A stretch of DNA of 64,000 bases from Octopus vulgaris (Eukaryota), in the NCBI GenBank assembly GCA_951406725.2, contig OX597816.1:93186001-93250000 (forward strand), given 5' to 3'. Made by a program: the position numbers and the translations under genes. Position 1 is the first letter of the stretch, and the number at the start of each line of letters is the position of its first letter. The notes beneath the pieces are model-generated. The model worked only from the letters and a program-made list of their open reading frames with translations, was not told where the DNA came from and ran no database searches. Shown piece after piece: positions 32,254 to 47,238 of the stretch.

Positions 32254-32472
32254 CAAAAATCCCTTGCCATATCGCGGTTCACCTATTGTGGTTTATTTAT
32301 TATTTGAGCTTATGTCGATTCCTCTGTGATGTTGCCTTGCATTTATAAAATAAATATATACAAATTATAAAAATAAAACAAAATATACAGTACAGTACTG
32401 TTTCTACTTCGCAGATTTTCACCTGTCGTGGGATCTTGGAATGTAACACCCGCAATAGTCAGGGAATTACTG
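32254..32472. mobile_element. Tigger/pogo-type MITE
   Basis: TA|CAAAAATCCCTTGC ... GTCAGGGAATTACTG|TA; the same right end recurs at 47280-47338. Confidence 0.62.
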
Positions 32473-33119
32473 TATATATATATTTATGTATATGTATAAA
32501 TATATATAACACTCCACTTTTTCCATTCAATCTTTCAAATTTTATATCCATACATTTTATGTATGGGTTATTATGTATTTATATAAAATGTTTTGATATA
32601 TTTGTTGTATTTTTTCTAAATAGATAGTAATTACAAATTTTTCATTAACCCCGTAGGAAACCTTATGTAGAGGCTTGTTATGGATATATATTGTACAAAT
32701 ATCATGTGAATGGTAATTATGGTGCATGTAACTCATTAAATAAGTCTTGCAACATGTAATTTACTGAGAGGGAATGTTGGGTCTAAATTAATTTATATAA
32801 TTAGATGGGTTATGGCTATACATGGGAGGCTAGGTAGAAAGTATGGAACTAATAAAGAAAATAGGATAGATCTAAATGTAATCTTTCTATGATAGGCAAA
32901 ATGCTTGAAATTTTGGGATGGTGGGGATAGTCAGTTTTATTGATTCCTGTTCTTGAGTGGTTCAGATTTTATTGACTCCAAAAAGGATGAAAGGCAATAT
33001 TGACCTCAGCTGAATTTGAACTCGGAATGTAAAGACAGACAAAATGCTGATTAGCAGCCGTTTGCCCAGAATACAAAGAATTCTACTAGCTCACTGCCTT
33101 TGATAGGTGTGATTGTTGC

Positions 33120-33340
33120 TAGCATCACCTTACTGGCACCTGTACTGGTGGCATGTGAAAAGCACCCAGTACACTCTTGGAGTAGTTGGCATTAGGAAGG
33201 GCATCCAGCTGTAGAAACCTTGCCAGATCAGATTGGAGCCTGGTGCAGCTTTCTGGCTTGCCAGTCCTCAGTCAAACCATCCAACCCATGCCAGCATGGT
33301 AAACAGACGTTATACAATGGCGATGATGATGATGATGATT
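33120..33340 (+). mobile_element. RTE 3'-end-related short element
   Basis: GTTGGCATTAGGAAGGGCATCCAGCTGTAGAAAC...CCAACCCATGCCAGCATGG...(GAT)n, matching the tail at 15690-15833; further copies at about 34050-34235, 47600-47885, 29310-29480 (+) and 37845-38000, 44490-44700, 63275-63385 (-). Confidence 0.78.
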
Positions 33341-35474
33341 TGTTTGCCATGCTAGCATAGGTAGGATAGTTTGACAGGAGCTTGTAAACCAGAAGACTGC
33401 ACTAAGCCCTGGTGTCTGTTTTTGGCATAGTATCTATGACTTGATAGCCATCCTAAATGCTAACCACTTTACAGAGAGTACCGGGTGATTATCTCATGCC
33501 TTTGGCATTCGTGAGGGCACTAAAACAAGACTCTTCAATTTCTGTGTGTGTGGGTGTGTGTGTGTATTCCCTTTCCTCCATTTTTCTAATTGAAAGACTA
33601 GCATTTGAAATGCATATGTGTGTGCATCTGGGGGTATATATGTGTGGCGCTGTATGTGTGTGGGAAGCGTATGTGTGTGTCTATGCACTGTATGTTTATA
33701 TTTGTTGTTTATGTATTTTAGTAAAGGTTGTAAGCATCCCCAAGAAATCTTGATGCTCTTTGAACAAATCATTTGAACCATGCTACAGAGGCTCCCTTGT
33801 CATTATTACTATCAGAAGTGCAGTAAGTCAGTGAGTCACCTATCAAGGATCTGAAGCAATGGTAGTCTTCTTTGCAGAAATGAAACAAAGAAAAATGCCC
33901 ATGGCATGTGAAAAGCACCTTTTGAGTGTTGGACCTCATGGAGGCAATGTTGAATGTCAGAAACCTTTAGCATTATGTTGTGTTTGTGAAGAAAACACAT
34001 CAAGCCAAGTAAAATCACAGTCGTGGCAGATACTGGTGTCATGCAAATGGTACCTGTGCCAGTGGGACGTAAAAATACTCATTACACTCTCAGAGTGGTT
34101 GGCATTAGGAAGGGCATCCAGCCATAGAAACCTTGCTAAATCAGACTGGAGTCTGTGCAGCCTTCCAGCTAACCATCCCTGGTCAAACTATCCAACCCAT
34201 GCCAACATGGACAACGGACATTAAATGATGATGAAAAATCCCCAAAAAGAACAATCTCTGTTTCCAGTACCAATTATGTAACAATGGCTTTGTCTACTTA
34301 GTATTGTAATCTTCACTATGTAATTTATTAAGTGTATCTTGCCTTGAAATTTAAGGCTTAACATATGTGATCCTTATTTATTAAGAAACTAGTTAGTAAG
34401 ATATATATTTGGCTGCTACATTGTTTAACCAAAGAGTCTTTGTAATTTCTTCATAAATCTATGAAGTATGAATTTTGTAACTGTATTGTAGAAGCTCTAC
34501 TTTATTTATGATATTGAGTACAAGTCTGTTTAATGGTGCCTGTACCACACCCAGTAATGTTCAAAGAAAAACTTGACCTCAGCACTAAAAACTAATAAAT
34601 CACTTGTCAGTTACAGACTATTGCCTTTCCTTACAGTCTTCAAAAGTGAACTGATTGACTTAAATCTGTGTGTCCTGGCTAATACATCACAAGTGATAGG
34701 ATACAAACAAATGATCTTTGATCTTTTAGTTGGCAGCTTGACATCCTACCACTTATAGGTCATTTCAATGTTTGTTTCTGATACAAGCATTAAAGTTGAG
34801 ATTGTTGGAAGAGAATTGAAAGCTTGAAACATTCATGTGTTTGCCAAGAAAAATAAGTAATTTAGGTCATGTAAAGTATTTATTAGATATCACAGATATG
34901 TCTCATTTATTTGTTCATTTAATGTCCATTTTTCTCAGCTAGCACAGCTTGGATGGGAATTGATTTTCAGGCAGAGTTTTATGGCTAGATACTCTTCCTG
35001 TCATATTTGGTCATAAAATCCTGTTTTTTCAGATTAGGGATGCGTTTGTAATTTTACTTCCATTGCATAAAATGGATTTTTATTCAGCTGAGTTGCTATT
35101 TGCAACACCAGTGATCGTTCATTCACTGTTTTCCTATATTGGTGGTGACAGATTTTATCTTAGCTTCATCACCATGATTACATGCTATTGACAAAGCCCA
35201 ACAAGGCAGAAGTGAGCCTCTAGCATTCTTTGGATAACTTTGGTTTGCTACAGATATATTGTGTTTTTAAACAAGGCACATCTATGAGAGATATCATCTC
35301 TGCATGGAGACAACAGTATATTTGCTTCTCTGCAATGAATTTATATTAAGTATGATTGAATGATTGATTCCTAGACAGGCAGAAAGGCAGGCAGGCAAAT
35401 GGCAGGTAGATAGGTAGGTAGATAGAAATGGAAATCGCTATGCTAAACTCATGACAAATTACTATATTAGTCTG

Positions 35475-35476
<2 letters not shown>

Positions 35477-35568
<92 letters not shown>
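35477..35568. repeat. (CT)n(CA)n microsatellite
   Basis: Directly visible. Confidence 0.95.
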
Positions 35569-35569
<1 letters not shown>

Positions 35570-36279
35570 AATAATAAATAAAATAGTTTTCAAATGAGTT
35601 GAAGATCCATAGCCACAATTATAACTGGAAATATCTAAGAAAGTGAGGGAAAAGATAGCCTGGTCTTTTAGCAGACATTATGACAACTTCCAGATATTCA
35701 TAAGCTTTACTAGACCTTTTTAGGAAAGTGTAAACTTTTTCGTATTTGCTGCATCAATAGAGGTTGGAAGTCTAGAACAGGTCAAGAATTATTTTGTTAT
35801 TGATTTCTTAAAGAAGCTGAAAGTGTTAGATTTAAAGTGAAAATTGATGGCAACATAACAGATTAGATTTTTAAATATGTGATTCCTATTCAATGCAACT
35901 CAGATGATGGATATCAGGTATGGGATATCCTTAAATCTCAGCAAGCATGAAACCATAGAGTTTCACTAAAAGATTTCAACAAGAAATTTTCCACATTGGC
36001 ATTTTTAGAAGCAGAGCATCTTAAAAGGAAAATTTTTTCTTTGTTACATTTTTTTCTCTTTACTTGTTTCAGTCATCAGAATGTGGCCATGCTGGGGTAT
36101 CACCTTGAAGAATTTTTAGTTGAATGTACTTATTTTTTAAAAGCCTGGTACTTATCCTATCAGTATATTTTGCGGACTTGCTAAGTTACAGGGACATAAA
36201 CACACCAACACCAATTGTCAAGTTGTGGTGGGGAGGATAAACACAGACACAAAGACCCACACACACACATGTATGTATG

Positions 36280-36320
<41 letters not shown>

Positions 36321-36839
36321 GTATGTATGTATGCATATGTATATACATATGACAAGCTTCTTTCAGTTTCTGTCTGCCAAATCCACTCACAAGATGGTCA
36401 CCCAAGGCTATAGTAGAAGACACTCGTTCAAAATGCCACAAAATGATCTTCCATAAAAAAAACCTTAGGTGAGGCAACTTTCTACCCAGACTTGTATCAA
36501 GGAGGGGAACCTCTTAACTTCACCCATGGTCATTTGTAACCAACATAGTCGAGTTTTGTACATGTATGTGTAAGCACTATTGACAAGAACCAAGAATACT
36601 GAAATGCATCTGATGCTTATATGAGTCACTGTAGGAATGATGTTTGCCTCACTGCAAGACATACTGTGTTTTAATATATTTCTACAAAGAGGTTTTCTCT
36701 CAGACAAAAATCACATCTTACCTTTCAGTTGTTTACATACATTAAGTAAGATACACAGATACTTATTTCAATTTAATACTTTCAATTGTTTACACCAAAT
36801 ATGTGTATGTGTGTGTGTCTATCTATCTATCTCTCTCTC

Positions 36840-36873
<34 letters not shown>

Positions 36874-36949
36874 TAGACTTACACACGCACATATGTGTGT
36901 TTGTGTTATATATACTTATATGTATACATATATATACATACACATACAC

Positions 36950-36980
<31 letters not shown>

Positions 36981-38683
36981 TGTATGTATGCATGCATGCA
37001 TGCCTGCATGTATGTATGGATGTAGGTAAATATTTATGTGGTTACAAAGTTTTCTTTGCAAGCACATGGTTTTGGATTTGGTCCAACTGTGTGACATCTT
37101 GGGTAAGTGATTTTTACTGTAGCCTTGGACTGACTAATGCCTTGAGCGGAATTTGTGAATGGAATCAGTGAAAAAGCCAACCACATATATATATGTGTAT
37201 GCGTGTGTGTGTGTGTGTGTATATGTATATATATACACACACACACACAAACATATATACAGACATGTACTTTTATGTGTATGTGAACATACATGCAACT
37301 GTGCATGTGTGCGTCAATGTTCATTCTGTATGCTTTTATTAACATAGTTGAGCAAAATGCTGGCATTGATTACATTCTCCCATAAACAAAATTTGAATAG
37401 CTTCAGCAGTTTTGACCTGTGTGGATCCATGGAATGAAAATACAATATTAGAAAGTCAGGGGATGTTTACTGACAGAATGAGCATCTAGCCATAGAATAT
37501 CTGCTTTCATAAGTTTTGTCTAAACCATGCCAGCCTGGGAAACATATATAAAAATAATAGTGATAATGATTATATATATATATATATACATATATATATT
37601 TGTTATTTAAAACAGTTTGATTCAGCTCCATACAGAAACCTTAGGTTTACAGAAACCTTAGGTTTACAGAAACCTAGTTCATTCAGGTTCAGTTTACTCA
37701 GTTCAGTAATCTGAGCCTGAATGAGCTACATTTCTGGAAGAAACCTGTGAAACTTGGAGCCCAATGAAACTTTTAAATAATATAACTCCTACTAAATGAG
37801 TTGGTTGCCTTTTTCTTTCATTTGTCCAGTCACTCATATCGTTATCATCATCATCATTTAACATCTGTTTTCCATGCTGGCATGGGTTCCTGGAATGTTT
37901 GACAGGGGCTGGCTAGGCAGAAGACTGCACCAAGCTTCACTGTCTGTTTTGGCAGGGTCTTTATGGCTAGATGCCCGTACTAACATCAACCACATTACAA
38001 TATAAATACATAAACATATATATACACACACACACAAACACACACACATATTATACACATTCACAAGTGTGCACACATATGTACATATTCATACAGTGGA
38101 CATCTGCATACTTTCTGTCAGCCAAATCCCACTCCCAAAATATTGGTCATCTCATGTCTTTGTTAGGAATCACTTAATTCAAGGTCTGTGCTGTACTCTG
38201 AGAATGAACCCAAAACTATATTGTTGTAACACAAACACCTTGACCACACCACTGTACTTGAATGAATTACAATCAATTTATTATGTAAACTAAATCATCT
38301 CTCTATTATAGTAAAATTATATTTCTGCTCTTACATCTTTGCAGTTAGAAACCTATAAAATATCATTTAAAAAATAAAAACAGGAGATGTATTGATGATA
38401 CCAACTTATAAATTATTTTGATTATTGATATCTTTTTCTCCACTTACTTTACATGAAGTCACAAATTATAGCAAAGAGGATATGAATCATATCACATTAA
38501 TGCCCCTCTCGAGAGCATATTTCAAGTTAAATTTCTATAATCAGAAAGTATCCAGATCAAAGAGTCAATTTTCAGGGTATTGATTTCAATTCTAACTCTT
38601 CCATTTCCTTTCAATTTTTGATTTTTCTCAAGTGGTCTCAAAACCTCGAGTTTATAACAAAAATAAACTGAAAATTTGTTGAG

Positions 38684-38725
<42 letters not shown>

Positions 38726-38795
38726 TGTGTGTGTGCGTGCATGTGTGTATATATGTGCACACACACACACACACACACATATATGTATACATATA

Positions 38796-39941
38796 TTGTG
38801 TCAGCCCGTAATTAATGGGCTTTTTTATATACTTTTATTTTTCAAAATTAAGATAAACAAAGTTCATTTTTAATCTAAAATATACTCTCATTTTCTACAA
38901 TGCTCTTCCATCTATCCGGTAGAATTGTAAGGTCCCTCTTCAAAAATTCACTTCTCTGTGATGAAAAATACTCCTCCAGTACTCTCATCTTCTCTACAGA
39001 ATTCATATTTTTTCCATCAAAGGATTTTGAAGACTGCAGAATAAACGATAATCAGATGGGGCAATATTCAGTAAATATGGTGGGTGGGGCATCACTTCCC
39101 ATTTAAACTGCTCCAGCCTTTGTAATGTCATCCTCGTATGTGGCTGAGCAATATCCTGATGGAAGAACGGTCTTGAAACCAAAGACAGTCATTTTCCTGC
39201 AAGCTACTTGCCATAGATCTCCTTTGTTATCGTTTGGTTTAGGTTTAAAAGTTCAAAGTGGACTAAACTTTTCATATCCCACCAAACAGATAACAACACC
39301 TTACATGGGTGAAGACCTTTAGCCTGAGGTACCAGTATTTTTCCTTTCCCTACCCACTGTCTTCAGTGTTTGACATTTTTGTAAAGAACCCATTTCTCAT
39401 CATCAGTCACTATTTGGTTCAAAAAAGGTTTATTCATGAGATGTGATAGCAATCTGTGTGTGATTAGACTTGGAAAGTTTGTGAGAAACCCATTGACCCA
39501 ATTTACTGACTTTTCCGATGGCATGCAGGTGTTGATGAATGGTTGAATGACCAAATCCAAGCTTCTCAGCTAGTTCCTCAACAGTTATGATGGGATTTTG
39601 TTCCACCAAGGTTAGCTTCCAGCTCAGAATTTCGGGAACCACTTACTGTCCGATCCCCATGTACTGCATTAATATCCCTCACCCTTTTCATTGCTTTGTT
39701 GCTTTTATTGAACTCATAAAGCAAAAATATGCTGAATATGTTCCTTTGTCACTTTCATTACAGCTTTGAAAAAATAATTGTTAAAATCGAACTGCACTCT
39801 TCAAAACTTGCATTAAGAATAAGTACAAAGTAAAATTACTACCTGCTTTTATAGCAAGTTGATGCAGGTGGCTTATCCCATACCCCTCTGACTTTTAGTT
39901 CATGCAATTGATAAAACCACATTATTTATGGGTTGACCCAA
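38796..39941 (-). mobile_element. Mariner transposon of the same family as 367-1575, decayed
   Basis: TA|TTGTGTCAGCCCGTAATTAATG ... CATTATTTATGGGTTGACCCAA|TA; VEQNPIITVEELAEKLGFGHSTIHQHLHAIGKVSKLGQWVSHKL and IVTDDEKWVLY. Confidence 0.93.
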
Positions 39942-39973
<32 letters not shown>

Positions 39974-40884
39974 CGTACGTATGTACATACATACATACAT
40001 ACATGTGTTTAAATATATATATATAATCATCATCAATATCATCATCATTTAACATCCATTTACCACGCTGATATGGGCTGGATGGTTTGATCAGAGCTGG
40101 CAACAAAAAAAAAAAAAATGAATAGAAATAGCTTTTCTGATAAATTTTCTACTTTAATAACTAGATGTCTATAAACTATTACATGTTAAGCATCTAATTA
40201 TAAAAGTGTAAAAATTATCTCAAAAGCCATTTCTGTTCATTTTTTCAAATATATATGTATGTGTGTGAACATATCAACATGTGGTAGTGGGGGACAAACA
40301 CAGATGCAAAGTCACACACACACACACACACACAAACACACCCACACACACATATAAATTTATGCATACGATAGGCTTCTTTCAGTTTCTGTCAACCAAA
40401 TTCACTCCCAAGGCTTTGGTCAACCTGAGACTATAGTAGAAGACACTTGTCCAAGGTGCATCACAGTGGGACTGAACCTGGAGCCATGTCGTTGGGAAGC
40501 AAGCTTCTTACTACACAATCATACCTGCACCAACCATGTGGTTGAGAAGCAACCTTATACAAAAGAAAGTGACATGCATCACAATTGCTAGGATGTACAT
40601 ATATATTATTTTGTAACAGTTTGACTCACTCCATTCAACTTAAAATTTCATAGACTCATAGAATGTTCTTAACTTGTCAGGCATCTAAAAGACTAACAAA
40701 CAGTTATCAAAGAATATATATATTTTAAGTTAGAGTTGAGGTTATAAGAGATAATGGTGTCATTGAGACCCAAAGGTGTCAGGTAATGCTGAATAAGTGC
40801 TATAGACAGATCATAGTTAAGTTCCAGATTTGGTAATTTTGCGAATAAGGGGTTCAACGTTGGTTCTATGTCAGTATGTGTATA

Positions 40885-40997
40885 TAAGAATTTTTTACAT
40901 AATGAGATAAAAAAACCAAGGCTGTGTAGATATTAGAACATATGTTCTAATATCTACACAGCCTTGGGTTTTTATCTCATTATGCAAAACATTCTTA
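40885..40997. repeat. Spacer-less palindrome, about 113 bp
   Basis: CCAAGGCTGTGTAGATATTAGAACAT|ATGTTCTAATATCTACACAGCCTTGG, centre at 40941/40942. Confidence 0.9.
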
Positions 40998-41026
40998 AAT
41001 TTTAAGTTTCATATATATATATATAT

Positions 41027-41248
41027 TGTTGTGTCTGGAGAGAGGCATTCTCTTTTAGTGCCTTATTATTTAACACACTCACTGGTAGCGCAGCTTGGAT
41101 AACGGACAGTGTCAATGACTATTGAAAAGTTTGCAAGACGCAATGAAAATTTTAGGTAAAATAAATGAGTAAATGAGCGGGAACTTTACCAGTGAGTGTG
41201 TTAAATGATAAGGCACTAAAAGACAATGACCCTCCTCAGACACAACAA
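41027..41248. mobile_element. MITE-like element with ~60-bp inverted arms
   Basis: TTGTTGTGTCTG...ACACACTCACTGGTA pairs with TACCAGTGAGTGTGT...CAGACACAACAA; directly follows a (TA)n tract. Confidence 0.75.
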
Positions 41249-43161
41249 AATATGTTTCAACACACGAACTCACATGAAGAATCTTGCAAACCAAACCCAA
41301 AAATAAAGTATATATATAGGGTGTACATAACGGAAGCAATTTTGAATCAAAATAGCCATCTATGTATCATACACAATATATATGCATCGTTGATGATAGA
41401 TCAGTTACTGCAGTGCTTATCCAGAGATAAGCTGTTGCATAGCTGTGCTGTCTTAAAAACATCCAATATTTATAGTATTTTTAACACAGCATGTCCAAAA
41501 GAGATTTTATCTCAGAACAAATATTGCAGTAACAGGTCTACCAATGATGTATATACATTGAATAGGTTACAGAGATGTGTGAGTGAGTGTGTGTGTGTGT
41601 GTAAAGGAAATGGAATTGGATAGAACTCAAAATTGAAACTAGGTTACAAAGTGGTCTTGACATGTGCTTACTTCAACAGTATTGGTGAATTCTCTTTAGT
41701 TATTTACATTCTCAAATCACTTACAAGTATTTTAACCTTATTTCTTTGTATAAATCAACCAGAATATTAGATGAATGTCCTAACTGCCCTTATTTAACAC
41801 CAACTGTAAAAGCAATACTGCGGGAGAAAAGATTTTTGCCTAATGTTGGCAGCTGAGGCAAAACAAATGCTTCTTATTGTAGGATCAGTAATAATTCCAG
41901 TTCTAGGATCTGCTAAGCTGCAGCAAACTATTAACTGAAATAATATACAGTATCATAAATTTGCTGTAACTATCCCTTAGGATCAATAAAGTGCAAAGTG
42001 ATGCCAGACTGGGACTAAATCTTGATTGTGTGCCAAGCAAAGGAAACAAATTATTTATGTTAATTTACGTTATATATGTATAAATTGCTATTTCTTTCTC
42101 TCCATGGCTATCTGCCTCTCTGTTTATCAACATGTACGTGTTATGTTTGCTTGTTTGTTTGATTTTTAATTTAGTGTGTGCATTGTGTGCACAAAAGGGC
42201 ATGTATTCTTGAGAGAACATAAATGTGTGTATAAAAACAGACAGACAGATACATACATAGGCATATATTTATATATGTATATGTGAGTGAATATATATGT
42301 ATGTATATACATGTATATATATTTATATATGTAAATGTCTTCATATATTTATATGTGTATATGTATTTAATATATATGTATGTATATGTATTTAAAGAGA
42401 GAGAAATACGTATATTGAACAAAGAAGAAATTAGATAGAGAAAAAGAGAGATTGAAATATAAATGTACAAACAAATAAAAATGCGAGCTATTTATCTGTG
42501 TTTATGTTTTGACATTTCAAAATTACTATGAAAGCTGAAATTATTGACCAATGAGAAATGTTTAGTTAAACAAGAGTGTTATGAGGTGTATGTAAGGTTA
42601 TAACTTATATTGATTTCAATTCACCAAAGTAACATAAAGCAGGTCAACTTTGACGTAGCTCAATCTAATCATCATTATTCACATTAAGTTAAACTCATAG
42701 ATGAACCATAAGTGCCCAGTAGCTAGTAGCGAATTAGGGTCACATTGTTGACACAAGGTCAGGGATAATGAATTGAGAACAGCAATATAAGCATTCAAGA
42801 CAGGTGGCTGCAGATGATGGCTATAGCCAGATACATATATATTGTGCACTGTATGGTTTTGTGGTAGAATATATGAGAGGGCTATTCGAAGCAACCATTT
42901 CACAATCAAAGGTGAGAAAGGTGGAAATAAAACATGGCTTGAGACTTAGTTCTATAACAGTTGCTGGTAGAAAACACACCAAAATTAAATATGTGATAAA
43001 CTGGCAGAAACAGTGGGGTAACTGACTAAATGATTTACAGTATTCATTCTTGTTTCCCAACATTCAAGGATCAAATCTCATAAGGGTTGATTTTCAATTT
43101 CATAATTTCAAGGTAAACAAAATACTCATCAGTAATAATTAATCTGCAAGTGTCAGTTTAA

Positions 43162-43373
43162 CCCTTTCATTACTGTATTTATTTTGAGATGCTCTGTGTC
43201 TCTTTCAATTACTTTAAATATAACAAAGAATTTAGTAAAGTAACTTAGTTATCATTCAGCTAGTGTTAGGAACATAAAAAGGTTTGGTGGAAGATTTTAA
43301 TTCAAAACTTTTGAAAACAGAACATTTGTACTCAGAACCAGAGCCGGTTTCAGCCGGGTTGGTAATGAAAGGG
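43162..43373. mobile_element. piggyBac-type MITE, 212 bp
   Basis: TTAA|CCCTTTCATTAC ... GTAATGAAAGGG|TTAA: perfect 12-bp TIRs and TTAA TSD. Confidence 0.88.
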
Positions 43374-45249
43374 TTAACTAGCTAGGCATGCAACCACACA
43401 GAATTTGCTCAAATGACTAATTAAGCAATTACTGACAGTATATTACTGATGGCAGTGTAGTCGCATAAGACAGTTGTTTCTAAAAGAGTATTTTGCTTTA
43501 GTTCACTGTTCAAATCTCATCAGGAATATTAATGAATGAAATAAGTACCACTTGTAGATTGAAGCTTAATTAAATTAGCTATCTCCCTTTAGCCAGTGTA
43601 ACCTTCATTGTACTGCTCACATATCTGGAATGTTGTAGCTGCAGGTTTTCTAAACTACTATCAAAGTATTGTTATTTAGCCCTGATTCTTACATTAACAT
43701 GCTATACCTACTAGCACACAAATGGTGTTGCTTCTTCAATACACTTTACCAACTGTAACTATTATAGATTCAGAATTGTACTTGTTTGGCAAATAACTTG
43801 ATCAGAGATTGTGTTGATACTGAAACAATTATATACTTGAAAAGTCATTTAAGAACACAAAATTGTTATCTTCCTATTTGTTTATTTCTTAATAGTACTG
43901 TCTTTGTCCTATATATTCTTCCATAGTGATTATTCTGCTAAACTTTCTTCTTTTGTACCTTATCTTAAGGTTACAAATTAAGTGGCTCATCTTTCTACTA
44001 ATTCTCGTTTTCTCACTGTTGTTTCCTTTCACACAAATGTTATCTTCTCTAGCAGTTTCTTCCCTCAAACATCTGACTTATACAACTCTTTCTGTCTTCT
44101 TTCTTTTTGTTTTCCTGATAAATGTTATCTTAATTGTTTACAATCTTACTTTGCTTATTTCATGAGTTTAAGGGCAACTTTTTAAGCTGTTTTATTATTT
44201 TTTCTCATTTTCTTTAGAAGATCCAAATGTATTAAGTAATTGCTTGCCTTCTGGTTGGGAGTGGCTTCTAAAATAAAATAAATAGATAACCTATAAAATA
44301 TCAAAATGTTTGAGAGTACTTCTGTGATCAGGTCTCTGACACAATTCTACTTGCATTGGAACTGTATCTATGACCAAGTTGCAAAACTGACATCTTTTTG
44401 ACAATTCATTGTACATGGTAATATTGGAAAATAAATTGAAATGAAGATAACAGCCTTTGATTTTTTTAAACAGCTAAAATGACTCTTTCAAGATCATCAT
44501 CGTCATCATCATTTAATGTCTGTTTTCCATACTGGTATGGGTTGGACAGTTTGACAGAATTCAGTGAGCTGCAGGGTTGCACCAAGCTCCAGCGTGAGCT
44601 TTGACATGGTTTCTACAGTTGGACAATCTTCCTAACACTAACCTCATTACAGTGTGTACTGGGTGCATTTTACATGCCACTGGCATTAGTGAGGTTGCCA
44701 AGAGATTTGCATGACAGAAGAAGAATGGGGTGAAAGGAAAAGGAACAAACACAAGATGTGAGTGTAAAATAGCTTCTGCTCCTTCAAACTAGTAAAATGG
44801 TTACGACTCTTACCAACAATATGTACTACTTCTCTGCTCATTATTCCTACAATATTTCAACCAATAAATCCTTCAGAAACATTGTGTTTTTTGTTTCTTG
44901 AATGGTACTGAAGATTTCCCTCCATGCCTACATTTTATTACATTCATCATGAAACTTGCTGCCTTCTTCTGCCTTTGATAAATTAGGAAAATAACCTGCA
45001 CAGTAAGAGGTTTTATTATCTATCTCTTACTATGCTCTGACTGAACAGATATGATATATGATCGAAGATATTCCAGATGTGACAGTTCTGTCTTTTTAAT
45101 ACATCTAGGACTATATTATTCAACATCTTTTCCAGTTTTTTATTTTTCAGATAGGGAAATGCTATTTTGGGAGATTTTAATTCTTTTCTTTCAGAGAAAA
45201 AAACCATATTGAGGATTCCTCATTTGCTTTGGTGAAAATTCTACGTCTT

Positions 45250-45259
45250 CAACTTCTGT

Positions 45260-45305
<46 letters not shown>

Positions 45306-45705
45306 GTTACTACTACTACTACTTCTGTTACTACTACTACTACTACTTCTGTTACTACTACTACTACTTCTGTTACTACTACTACTTCTGTTACTACTAC
45401 TTCTGTTACTACTACTACTACTACTACTACTACTGTTACTACTACTACTTCTGTTACTACTACTACTACTACTTCTGTTACTACTACTACTACTACTTCT
45501 GTTACTACTACTACTTCTGTTACTACTACTACTTCTGTTACTACTACTACTTCTGTTACTACTACTACTTCTATTACTACTACTACTTCTGTTACTACTA
45601 CTACTTCTGTTACTACTACTACTACTACTACTTCTGTTACTACTACTATTACTACCTCTGGTACTTCTACTACTTCTTATGTTACTACTACTACTACTAC
45701 TTCTT
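45250..45705. repeat. (CTA)n microsatellite with periodic CTTCTGTTA interruptions
   Basis: Directly visible; accounts for the poly-Leu ORF. Confidence 0.95.
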
Positions 45706-46324
45706 TCAATGTTTATCTTCCATACTCAAATGGGGTAGACTACTAAACAAGATCTGACTGGTTGGAGAACTGCTTCATGTTCCATTGTCTGCTTTGACAA
45801 GATTTCTATGGCTGGATACCCTTCCTAAATGCCAACCATTTTACAGAATGTATTGTATGCTTTTTCCATGGCCATAACATCAGTGAGGTTACCATGTAGC
45901 TTTCAAGACTAAGAACCCCTTCAACTTAGTGGGGCTAGAGCAGAGAGGGAGGCAGCTTTATGCTAGTTGATGAAAGGTTAGAGTATGAATAAAGGGGCCA
46001 GAACAGAGATACAGAGCCATGCATCTCATCTACATTGCTCGCATTTTAGGGGAGGTGGTGGGAATGATTAGCTTGGAGCTAGAAAGTGAGATGAAGATGG
46101 TTGTGATAAAGTAGCAGGTGAACTCTAGGGCAGGAGAACAGGAAGGGTAGATGTGCAGGGGTGGCTAGAACATTTGGATAAAGTGAAAGATAGACAGAGA
46201 TAGAGTAGCAGTGTGAATTTACTGAAGGATGAATGAAAAATGAAATAAGAAATTTCATAATATTAGTAATCTGGGAGATTGTTATTATGAGTTCATATGT
46301 ATACGCATGTGTGTGCATATACTC

Positions 46325-46722
46325 TTACTTGTTTCAATCATGTGACTGTGGCCATGCTGGAGCACCACCTTTAGTCAAACAAATTGACCTCAGCACTTAT
46401 TCTTTGTAAGCCTAGTACTTATTCTATCGGTCTCTTTTGCTGAACTGCTAAGTTACGGGGACGTAAACACACCAGCATCGGTTACCAAGCAATGTTGGAG
46501 GGACAAACAGACACATACATATACACACACACATATATATATATATATATACATATACACGATGGGCTTCTTTCAGTTTCCGTCTACCAAATCCACTCAC
46601 AGGGCTTTGGTTGGCCCAAGGCTATAGTAGAAGACACTTGCCCAAGGTGCCATGCAGTGGGACTGAACCCAGAACCATGTGGTTGGAAAGCAAGCTACTT
46701 ACCACACAGCCACTCCTACACC
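46325..46722 (-). mobile_element. SINE family A, near full length
   Basis: Collinear with 2470-2838. Confidence 0.82.
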
Positions 46723-47196
46723 TATATGCATTTATGTGCATGTATATCCATGTGTATGAGCATTCATGAGTGTGTATACATGTCCATATACATGCATGTG
46801 TAGGAATATTTTTATGTTATCTTTTCTTTGATATAATGCAAAACCTTGAGATTCAAACACCATCATCATCTACAAAAGGCAAACTATACATGTTGATCAT
46901 TATTTATATTATTTTTACTACCCTAACTTCTATTCAATACATTCTCATTACTCAGGAATATTTCTAGGCATTTAATGAACTGCTTTGATGAGATTAATAA
47001 AACCGAAAACTGAAATATATTTTATTGTTATCATAAAGCTGTAATCAATTCTGATTTTCAAGTCATCAGAGTCAATAAAATATAGACCAGATTCAATATA
47101 TATATATATAGAAATATCAATATAAGCATCAGGTGCAGGCATAGGAATGGGGTTAAGAAGTTTGCATTACAGCTACACGATACCAGGGTATATATG

Positions 47197-47238
<42 letters not shown>

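Noticed and set aside
45229-45738. 169-aa poly-Leu ORF
   Set aside because: A (CTA)n microsatellite; the CTT/CTG/TTA interruptions are better explained by unit duplication than by coding constraint.
46640-46722. tRNA gene-like A/B boxes
   Set aside because: These are SINE heads with no complete cloverleaf.
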